Of a DNA stretch of 64,000 bases, positions 48,301-64,000 are shown in pieces. Each line of letters opens with the position of its first letter. The stretch's first letter is position 1. This stretch comes from Chrysomallon squamiferum (lineage: Eukaryota; Animalia; Mollusca), in the NCBI GenBank assembly GCA_012295275.1, contig CM022667.1:7812001-7876000 (forward strand), read 5' to 3'. The notes beneath the pieces were generated by a model. That model made no database searches. It had not been told where the DNA came from and worked only from the letters and a program-made list of their open reading frames with translations. The translations under genes and the position numbers were made by a program.

Positions 48301-51300
48301 AAATTGTTGCAGATAAAACATGGAACAACTAATGACCTATGCCATCCCTGTAATAATTGAAATATAAAATATTTACTGTTCTGTCTGTGATTCTGTCTCG
48401 GGCTGTGAGGATCTGGTTGAATCATGCCCATCTGCTGGAGATGTTTTTGTACAGAGTCTACACACACCTGTCACAGGTAACCGAAACACACCTGTACAAA
48501 ATAAGTAATTAGTAGTAATTATAATAATCTCTTATTTTCTTTAAATAATTCTTATCCATATTTCAAGTAACCTAATATAATACATATACAAAATAAGTAA
48601 TTAGTAACTGTCTAAAAAAAATTCTTTTTGTATCTTTAAATTAGTTTTTATTTTATTTGTGTATTTTATTTAAATCTTTTTTATCAGCCACAATTACCTT
48701 CAGCAGTCATATTTATTACCACAGAAATAATCTATAATCTGTAACTTTTATATTTATTTATTTTTAAAGTTGCAATATTATTTGTATTTTCAAATCTAGC
48801 ACAAAAATAAACCAAAATATGAAAATGGACATTATGAAATCTACTACATCATTAATTTAACCAATCAGGTTTGTTGTATTATATAATTAGCTGAAGCATC
48901 TGAAAACAGAATGTAATTCCAGAACTTACCAACTGAATAGCCAGTTATCGCAGAGCTAGGTTCAGCATATACTTTATCATTTTAAATATCCACTGAGAAA
49001 AAGTAATACTACTGTTACCAATTTTTTCATAATTTTCTTTGAAACATATTCTTATAGTTACTACAACCTTGATTAAATAATGAAAATTCATCTTTGGGAA
49101 AAAAAAAGGATAATGTTTGAGTTCTGTATAAGAACAAGTTAATCTGCTTAGGTCATGTTATTGTTTTGTAATAGAACAGGAATGAGATCTGGTGAGTAAC
49201 TGGATCAGTTCCACTACTGAGTAATTTCCCATTCTGCTTATTACATTCGATATTGCTTAACAATTATAAAAAGAAATCAGCTGCAAATTAAAATTAATGA
49301 AATTACTGTGGATTTATTATTATTGTCATTATCATTTTCATTATCATTATTATTTTCTATAAATGTTCGTTTAGATATTAATTCTATTAACAGAAGACAA
49401 ATACAATTATCAAAATTTATTTATTTATTAATCAGATCAATGAAGTAATAATTTTTTAATAAGAATATATCAATAATCTCACAGGTATGGAAATTTCTCT
49501 CCTTTTTTTTAATTCCAGTAATTAGAGATTTCTACAAATGAAGTAAACTGCAGTAAATGAAATAATCTCTTATGTTATATTAATATTCAAAACTTCCTAT
49601 CAATTGCATATTAATTAGCATAAAGTCCAAAGTAAGTAAAGTAACACAAGCTATCCAGTTCACTTTCAGCTGTTAATGGAACCCCAAAAAGTTAAATTTT
49701 CTGTAACTTGGAAGTTGTCAACACTTGATCTTTTAGTTCACTCAGTCTGCCCAACAAACTACTTATCAAATCAAAAGTATTGAGAGCTCTCTCAAGCACC
49801 TGAACTCTCTCTTCTTTACTCATAGCTGACAATGGCTTTCCAGCAACAGAAACACTGAATTCAACTTCACTTTCAGCTTTGTTTCTTTTGCCCTCTTTCA
49901 CATTATTCAACTCCAGCTTGTAGTGTGCTTTAGACATCTCTAGACCGGTACGTATAGGATTCAGGTACTGTTTTTCTATTATCTCAAATTTCCTCCACAC
50001 TCCTGTCACATCCTCCTGCGGCTGATCTCTGAGGACAAGAAATCTGAGAAGATTGAGCACAGCGATGATGCAGTCAGAGTGTTCCACGAGGTCAGTGGCT
50101 GCTCCATCGGGCAACACCATCACCATCTTCATCAACTTCTCCAGTTGTGACCCAGTAAAGAATGGAGATGGAATCTTCTGTTGTAAAGTTCTGTGAATCT
50201 CATCTTTCAGGAGCTGCACAGTGTAACCAAGGACCCCAGAATGAGAACAAGAGGCAAAGATCGTCTTAAACACACCATACTTTCCCTTATCATCAAATAT
50301 AGCTATCAGTCTTGGCAAGATCTTCACTGCACACTGACGAAGTTCTTTTAATGGACACATCACCATAATGGTGTTGAGACAGTTTAGAATGGGAGAAAAG
50401 GATTCATTGTCTTGTAAGGAGATAGAAACTGACTCTTGAGGAATGAGGCCTATGAGAACTCGGAGAAGGTGAAGACCTTTGTAAACAAGGAGAGACTCTG
50501 TGGTTTCTACAAGTGGTAATATGAATGGCAGACAGAAGCTAAAATTGTGTTCATGTGTATAAACTGATGGCATTTTTTCAATACCTAGGTGTTCAACATG
50601 AACAAGGTAAGCTAAACAAGACATGGACAGTTTGGGAATCTTTTTCTGAAATTTCCAGTTTTCCACTTTGTCTTTCCTCTTATGAGAACTTTTAGAGCTG
50701 GCATCAGAGGATTTGTCTTTGTGTTTCTTCATTTCTATTGCCTCATTCTGTTTGTTCTGGAAATCCATGTCATCCTGAACTGCTTCACCTCCAGCTTTTC
50801 GCTCTTCTTTTTCTTCCTCTTCCTCCTCAGTGCTCTCAGCATCATCAATCATCTTGAGTCCTTCTTCTCTGAGGAAAACCTGCATCAGCTTATGAAAGTC
50901 ACTTTCTAGATGTGTCAACAGTTCCATGGCTCTTTCTGCCAAACGTCTGCTTTTTGACTTAGTTTTTGATATAGAAATATCATAACTCAGATCTAGATGT
51001 ATCAAAGGATGATCTAAAACCTGCAGAAGATGTTTTTTAAGAACAAACACCTGAGCGTTTGACTGAATAGTTTCATCCCTCCCTTTATCAACAGACACAT
51101 CTTCTGCAAATGGTTTAATGAATTTCAAGAATTCATCCAAAATGTCACAGATCCTTTGAACATTTTCATCTGTATCAAGGATCAGTCTTTCTTTTCCTTC
51201 CAGATTTCCTTCTTCTGGTAATGGCAGAAGCTGAACATGAGCAGACAAAGTCTCCAGACTGATGTCAAGAGAATGAAATCTTTTCCTTGGCAGCTGTAAT

Positions 51301-52816
51301 AGAGTTTTCTGTATGAGATGAATCAGAGTTTTGTATTTAACATCATCATTAAACGTGTCTGCTTGTTCCAGAAGAGCAAGTAACATTTCCTTTGGGTTTC
51401 CTGTTCTCACAAAGTAGGCAAGACATCGTTCACATGCCTCAAAGAATCCAGGAGTTTTCTCGCTTGTCTCCTTGGTGATGTGCTTTGTGAGTTCACTGGT
51501 CAGTTCCCAATACAGATCTGTGTTTGAAAATTTATGTTCTAAAATGTACGTCTTCAGCCCTTTTTCATCAGAATACAGTAAACATTCTTTTATTTGTTTC
51601 AAAAATTCTTCTGCATTTTCAATCTTTTTCATGACTGGAGGCACTTGGTCGTTTTCCATTGTTGTGTTTTGAATGGTCTTTTATTGATTTTTAAATGTTC
51701 TAATGATTAGTTTCAATGACCTGAAATAGAGAGAAGAATTATTTGTTGGCTATTTAGTAAATTAAAAAATAATTTAATAATTAAAATTATATTTATGTAA
51801 TAAATAAAAAAATAAACATACCTGTTGTTTTTGTATACAGAACTTTAGATAAATAGAGATTTTATTAACAAAAATATTAATTATTATTTATTTAGTATGT
51901 AGCCGAATATTTTATTTTAGTTAGTTATTTTTGTTTTATTTTATTTATTTATCAATTTTTTTAATAGTTATTTTATGTTTATCCAGTAGGAAACAGAATG
52001 CTGAATACAAATGAAAAATAAAAGCCAACAAATAAATTTCTCCCTTCTGAATGCATTTTACACTGACTCATCTAAGTTAGTTAGGAACAGAAATTGTTAC
52101 ATTTATTGAGCACAGATACAAATTCTCTCTTGACAAGATTTATATTTGTTAATGTTGTAAAACAATTTGCAACCAGAAATATGTTCAACAGAAGTATAGT
52201 GAGATCCTGATGACAAGCAGTATATTACAGATTGTATGATCAAAACTATCAGTATAATTAATTTATAAATAAATAAATATGTATGTATGTATGGATGGAT
52301 GGATTATCGTAATTTAACTTCTAATACGTACTAGATGTATTAGAAGGATGTTCTGTTCAGTGTTCTTTACAAATTACATAAAACGTCTTTACATTTTAAT
52401 TTGTTGCTCTCAAGAGATTATCTGATTTAAGTGATTAGGTGTATAAATAACACTCATGCTGCTAATGAGTTCACAAATGCAGCAAAAGAGCAGTACACAA
52501 TTGTGTGACATTGACACTGTCTATGAGTAAAACGACAACTGAAGTGTACACAATAATGCATACTAAGTTACAAGTATACTTTCACACTAACACTAAGAGT
52601 AATTTAGTAAACGAGTAATACTAGCAACACTATTGATGCGCATATTCCTCCATAAAAGGAATTTAATGTATATTAAAATAATATTTCCGTATATATTAAT
52701 CTGATAATCTACAGTATATATTAATTTCCATTAATGTCACAATAAAACAATATTGTACCTTTCGTAATTAAAATGTTAAATCCAAAAATGCTGACATATC
52801 GAAAGGAAGTAGCCAT
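44553..52816 (-). CDS. COQ9: Ubiquinone biosynthesis protein COQ9, mitochondrial (9 exons, ~291 aa)
   Basis: Exons 52816-52759, 48491-48377, 47864-47752, 47498-47348, 47026-46942, 46593-46489, 45552-45397, 45143-45090 and 44591-44553 join in frame. Motifs: [79 protein letters not shown]. Exon 1 is inferred from phase, Kozak context and presequence composition. Confidence 0.88.
45537..46310 (-). repeat. ~44-bp minisatellite (17 intact plus 1 decayed copies) containing the COQ9 exon 7 acceptor
   Basis: mRNA-sense ..gttatttatatttcag|ttcaactggtacact is repeated; the copy with AG at 45553/4 is the true acceptor. Confidence 0.93.
49692..51659 (-). CDS. GLMN: Glomulin (FAP68/aberrant root formation 4 family), uninterrupted CDS, 655 aa
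   Basis: Motifs NPKEMLLALLEQ, IMVMCPLKELRQ, HSGVLGY, LPDGAATDLVEHSDCIIAVLNLLRFLVLRD...TGVW, YLNPIRTGLEMSKAHY and ALNTFDLISSLLGR match glomulin. An acceptor tatttcag lies at 51721-51728, just upstream of the ATG. Confidence 0.9.
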   Translation of the reverse strand: MENDQVPPVMKKIENAEEFLKQIKECLLYSDEKGLKTYILEHKFSNTDLYWELTSELTKHITKETSEKTPGFFEACERCLAYFVRTGNPKEMLLALLEQADTFNDDVKYKTLIHLIQKTLLQLPRKRFHSLDISLETLSAHVQLLPLPEEGNLEGKERLILDTDENVQRICDILDEFLKFIKPFAEDVSVDKGRDETIQSNAQVFVLKKHLLQVLDHPLIHLDLSYDISISKTKSKSRRLAERAMELLTHLESDFHKLMQVFLREEGLKMIDDAESTEEEEEEKEERKAGGEAVQDDMDFQNKQNEAIEMKKHKDKSSDASSKSSHKRKDKVENWKFQKKIPKLSMSCLAYLVHVEHLGIEKMPSVYTHEHNFSFCLPFILPLVETTESLLVYKGLHLLRVLIGLIPQESVSISLQDNESFSPILNCLNTIMVMCPLKELRQCAVKILPRLIAIFDDKGKYGVFKTIFASCSHSGVLGYTVQLLKDEIHRTLQQKIPSPFFTGSQLEKLMKMVMVLPDGAATDLVEHSDCIIAVLNLLRFLVLRDQPQEDVTGVWRKFEIIEKQYLNPIRTGLEMSKAHYKLELNNVKEGKRNKAESEVEFSVSVAGKPLSAMSKEERVQVLERALNTFDLISSLLGRLSELKDQVLTTSKLQKI

Positions 52817-53039
52817 TTTCAGCCTTCTTTGATTTTTATTTCCTCCTTATCGTCACACTACCTAGAAAAAAAGAGCAGGCTTTGAGTTAAAACCGTGTAC
52901 AGTTTTCAAAGTATGCTGGAAAAATCATTTTAATGGAGCGAAAATACCTCCACATAGTTGCTTACGAAATTATTTATTTATTAATTTACTATATAATTAA
53001 GTATATGATCACATACATAAATACACACACACACATAAG

Positions 53040-53074
<35 letters not shown>

Positions 53075-53794
53075 AGATACTCACAAACACACACACGCAG
53101 ACACACAATATACGCACTATCACATACACGCACACATAGACACATACCTTTATGGATAATGTAATACTGATCTGGATCCTGAGATTAAAAACTTTCAGAG
53201 AGTAACTTTTGTTATTTTCTGATACCACGTTTTTATTTATTTATTTATTATTACTATTATTATTATTACTAGTGGTAGTAGTACTAGTAGTAGTAGTAGT
53301 ACTAGTACTAGTAGTAGTAGTAGTAGTAGTAGTAGCAGTAGCAGTAGTAATAGTATCACTTTTTCTTGTTTTGTTTTTGTTTCTATGAGCGTGTGAAGTG
53401 GAATGTACGTGTGTCTGAAATATGTATGCGTGTATTTGAAATACTGTTTAGAACTTACTGTAATGGCTTAAATGTAAAAATAGGTTAGTACTTCCGCTAT
53501 TACCTATGACAATTTAAATACGTTTATTTTTATTATTGTTGTTGTTGTTGTTGTTGCTGTTATTATTATTTTAATTATTATTATTATTGTTATTATTATT
53601 ATTATATTGCTGTTGTTGGTGGTTGTTTTTGTCGTTGTTGATATTTTTAGAAATACTACTAGTAGTTGTAGTATTTATTTTTCAAGAGCTCCAAGAACCT
53701 CACAAATAAAACCTTGCTACTCGATGCTTCTGCTGTCTCTTTCTAGCCGAAACTAAAACTGCATCTTCTTTTAGACAGAAAACCATTTATGTAA

Positions 53795-53842
<48 letters not shown>

Positions 53843-53968
53843 TCCAACGCCAATTCTATCTGTAATAACTTAATATTAAAACCTGTTGATAATAATCATT
53901 AAAATATTTTTATGTTGTAACAATTATATTTTCACGTTTCTTTTGGCTATCTTTTCCATTGTACACAA

Positions 53969-54009
<41 letters not shown>

Positions 54010-54210
54010 CATATTAGAAAAACAAGAATGAATTCAGTCTGAATTTATAAATTAATGTTTATTCAGATGTTCCACAAAAACAGAAAGATGTAAAGAGATG
54101 TTGAATACAAATAAATTAACAGAAGTTTATAAATAAAATGTGAATAAATAAATAGGATTTATTTATTAAATTTTAATTTTACAGAGCAAAATCAAATTCA
54201 GTTAACATAT

Positions 54211-56987
<2,777 letters not shown>

Positions 56988-57040
56988 TTTGCTAGGTGAG
57001 GTATAAAAACGTGATAGTTGATGAAGTTAAAACACAGACA

Positions 57041-57155
57041 CACTGATTTCTCTACACAAATGTTCCGTGTTTTATACCCTGCCCTGTTGCTAGCACCACC
57101 CACTCGTTGTCAACGCTGATTAAGTCATTAGGTTCTTTTCACAGTTAATCCTGGA
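57041..57155 (-). promoter_or_regulatory. Core promoter of beta-tubulin A (TATAAA plus TCAGT initiator)
   Basis: TATAAA at 57076-57071 with TCAGT about 30 nt downstream (~57046-57042); the block is conserved upstream of copy B. Confidence 0.75.
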
Positions 57156-57499
57156 TTATCATAATCCGAATTAGATCTGTTTCTTTTATAATTGAATATA
57201 ATTTAGAACCTTTTTAAAAAAGAATATATATTTTAAATTATGCCTTTCTTAATGATCTATAAATCTGTGGATTACTGGTATATTGTATGTATACAGTTGT
57301 TAAGCAGCTGATGATGTGATCTGAGTTTAACAAATGTACAACTGAAATTTCTCTAATTTCTGTAAAGTTTGCTTTTTAAAACTGAACAATGTTTCTGTTT
57401 CTGGTAAAGAAGTCAAATCTTTGAGATAAAGTAAAACTGTGTCATGTATGGACAGTATCATTTTTATATGCATTTAATGTGGAAAAAGTATTTTGATTC

Positions 57500-57564
<65 letters not shown>

Positions 57565-58401
57565 CTATCTATCTATCTATCTATCTCTTATATATTACTA
57601 CAGTCTTAGCATTGCTACAGAAAAAGTAATAAAGTGACTATCTACATAAAATATAAGAACAACAAAACAAAATACAGGTGATTGGAAAGAATAGATCACT
57701 GAAAATCAAGTTAGAGAGATATCTTTATAATTTATTGTGACTGATTATTTTGTAACAGTTCGCAGGATCAAATCCTAATGGTGATTACTTCTCACTCTAA
57801 TCAATGTTTCTAGTAATGTAAATGTATTACAGAATATAGGGAATTCACGCAGAATAGAAACAAAATATTTTTTTTTGCCATCAGCAAACACATTTAGTGC
57901 TTGTCCATCTCTTATTCACTGCTTCATATTCATTGTAGGCTAATGACTAATTGATTGTATATATACTACTAATAATAAATAAAAATGAAACAAAAATAAA
58001 TAATACAACTACATATTTATAGTTATATACTGTAATAATAATAGTAATAATAATAATAATAACATTAATAATAAAATAATAAAGATGATGATGAAGATAA
58101 TGATGATTGATAATAATGATGGTGATGATAACAATAATAAATAAAAAACATTTCACGTTCCTCCTAGGTTTTCAAATGTTTTATGTTTTTATGTTTTATG
58201 CAGATATGAAATACTGCAGATAAATACGCTTTTATTGTAAAAATGACAACAGTATGAAGTGACGATAAAATTAATTTGTTTATTTAAATCGACAAGAAAC
58301 TATTAATAAAGTATTAGTACAAAAAATGTAGCCTTATGGTTAAATATTATTTTATTCAATCCAAAATTCGCACCTTTATTATTCGTTAATTATTAACAAG
58401 A

Positions 58402-58453
<52 letters not shown>

Positions 58454-58925
58454 CATGAATATGTTACTCTGACAGAAAGAGTTTCGTTTACAAAAAAGCA
58501 AAACGTATTTCTGTCTATGTATGTATATAATTGTATGATGTAATTAATTTTTAGCATATTTAATTTATCGAACAGTTTAAGTAATATTTTAACTATTTAC
58601 AATTGCCTGAATTGGTCAGAATATCTGGCCTAGGCCAGAGTTTTAATAAATAACAATTGTTTTTACTTGCATAGGTTTTAGGTAGTAATATTTATATCTT
58701 GTTTCAGATTTCGTGAAAGGTCTATTGCTTGGTGTTAGGCGACTTGTTTCAGCTGCGGCAGGTTACAAGATCTACCCTTCTGACTGACCAAGACTGAATA
58801 TTTCTCATTATGACTTGTAATATTAGAAAATACCTCGTTAGTGTTCGTGTGTATAAGAATATTTACTAAATGTAATATAACAGATGAACTGCTGCTATTA
58901 GGTAAGCAAAATCTGTCTTGTGTTG

Positions 58926-58970
<45 letters not shown>

Positions 58971-58985
58971 ATTTATTTATTTATT

Positions 58986-59047
<62 letters not shown>

Positions 59048-59537
59048 TACTACTACTACGTTTCTATTTATCTTTATTTATTTATTTTAATTTGTTCTCC
59101 TAATTATACCTAGTCCGCCTGCCACGTTTATTGGCCTATTTCCCGTTCCAGAAAGGTATCTGTTTTCTTTTTTCACGAGAAGATCAATGTAAAATATCGA
59201 GTGCTCTATTGAGGTCTGTGGAATGACAGTTACAATGTTCTCATTTCTGTATCTTCTTTATTCTTACACCTACCTGTGCTTCAGATATAACAACAACTGT
59301 TGTCATTTAAACTCATGTTTGTTAAATCAGTCTTAGCTCAGCTGTTAACAGAATAACTGAATCAAATTTATTTCAGGTAAATAAACCGTTTTATACTTTA
59401 TTCTCATACTTTATTCTTATTAGTATATATGATTTATTGATGTAATTCATGCTAACTTGCAATATCGTTCTTTACGATAAATAACAGTTTCCGTAGCGGA
59501 TAAATTTTAATTGATGTTCTGCTCTCTCTCTCCGTCA

Positions 59538-59612
<75 letters not shown>

Positions 59613-59811
59613 TTACATGGAATAAAGTAAACAGCCCAGACCTTTTGCACCTTTTCATTTGATAAACAAATGTCGTTTTAAATTATAAAGCATATTCAGT
59701 AGCAGTAACAACAAATATTTCCAAAGAAATAACGAAGTTACTATTCTTTTTATTATTATTATTATTTTTATTATTACTTTTTATTTATTTTATTTTTATT
59801 ATTATTATTAT

Positions 59812-59844
<33 letters not shown>

Positions 59845-60558
59845 CGGTTTATTCTTTCAAACTTAACAGTTTCTAAACTATTGTGTTGTTTGTTCGTTTC
59901 ATTTTGCTTTCGCGTTTAATTGGGATAATTTTTTTTTTTTTTTTTTTTTTCAAAAAGATGTTGATAATTAATGGAGCTATATAATTTATATACATTTCTA
60001 AACTTTACGTTTAAAACCTATGTTAAGATGTTATGTTACTGCTTGTTAACTTCCACTGACTACAGGTCGTTTTTTTAAATAAGTTCACTTTCTCGGATAT
60101 TTTTAATGATCATCAATAACTGTTTAAAATAGAACAAAACCGTGTACTATTTTGTTTTAATGATTGGCACTGTTAGCAGGTCCCTTCACTCAAACGTTGT
60201 TATCCTAAGGGAAATTATCATTCTAAATAAACTTGACAACAATATGAATACTTATAGTTGAAATCTTACTGTCTGTTTGTTTGGTGAGACATAGGCAAAT
60301 TATAACCTAAGCAAACATTTCAGACAGCAGCTAATAAAATCCCGACGAAATTAAAAACAAACATCTCGATTTGGTAAAGAATTGAATATTTTATTTCAGT
60401 AACTTTGTGTCTGCAAAAAGCGGATAAAAAATTGTTTTTATCAATAAAAAAGAGTTGGAAATTAACAGAAACCACTGTAAATAAATATATTATTAAATAT
60501 AAAAAAGTAAATAAATTATGTGAGCTTAGAACTGGCAGTGTCAGAGATTGCTAAAAGT

Positions 60559-63214
<2,656 letters not shown>

Positions 63215-63265
63215 TTTGCTAGGTGAGGTATAAAAACGTGATAGTTGATGAAGTTAAAACACAGA

Positions 63266-63380
63266 CACTGATTTCTCTACACAAATGTTCCGTGTTTTAT
63301 ACCCTGCCCTGTTGTTAGCACCACCCACTCGTTGTCAACGCTGATTAAGTCATTAGGTTCTTTTCACAGTTAATCCTGGA
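63266..63380 (-). promoter_or_regulatory. Core promoter of beta-tubulin B (TATAAA plus TCAGT initiator)
   Basis: TATAAA at 63301-63296; near-identical to 57041-57155. Confidence 0.75.
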
Positions 63381-64000
63381 GTTGTTTTGCTGCATACACT
63401 TCATAGTTACGTGAACCTTAGTGACTGTGTTAAACTGATCAGCCATTCATGTTTGTAACAAAGGAGTAATTTTCACTTAAGTAGTTGTTTTTTTTTTATC
63501 TGCGTTGTTTGTTGTACATTCCTTCTTGTATTAGTGACCTTTTCCTGATTTATTTATATTTATATTTATATTTTTCTTTTATTCCATTTCATTTTTTATT
63601 TTATTTTAATTTTGTTTAATTTAGTATTTATATTATTTTATTTTATTTTTTATTTTTACTTTAAAAAATCAATTCATTTCTTGTTTCATTATTGTTATTT
63701 GTCTATTCTGTTCACATTTTATTCATTTGTTTATTCATTATTTGCTATCTTTCTATCTAACTTAGATAGTTATCTACTCTACTCATTTATTCTAGTCAGT
63801 GGTTATTTATTTATTTATTTATTTACTTACATATTATTATTTATTTATTTATTTTTATTTAAAACAGGTAATATTTTAAAATCTACTAATAAAAAACAGT
63901 CTAGGATTTTTTGTAGTGTGTGTGTTTGTGTGTCTGTATATAGATGTACATATATATGTATACGTATAAGTATGTTTGTATATCTATGTGCTGGCGTTAT

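Noticed and set aside
48930-48980. ATG at ~48980 as the COQ9 start
   Set aside because: It reads MIKYMLNLALR-stop before the donor, and the donor is phase 0 relative to that ATG whereas exon 2 needs phase 1.

Overview
AT-rich, microsatellite-dense animal genomic DNA with spliced genes; a lophotrochozoan, probably a mollusc, is an inference only. Ten genes were reconstructed by hand from splice sites and reading-frame phase. In order: the 3' part of an ERG/FLI1-type ETS factor (+); two tandem CAP(SCP)-EGF-GPI genes (-), one with a long glycosylated repeat stalk; HSBP1 (+) with a U12 AT-AC intron; a 20-exon GPATCH1 (-), head-to-head with a SOCS6 whose CDS is uninterrupted (+); COQ9 (-), with an uninterrupted glomulin (GLMN) ORF nested on the same strand in its first intron; and two tandem beta-tubulin genes (-). 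Two observations stand out. First, COQ9 and GLMN appear to share one promoter and first exon: that exon is the mitochondrial presequence for COQ9 but a uORF for GLMN. Second, several minisatellites in GPATCH1 and COQ9 are built from the exon-intron junction itself, giving arrays of 4-19 near-identical splice sites. In three of these arrays only the exon-adjacent copy yields intact protein; in the fourth all copies are in frame.
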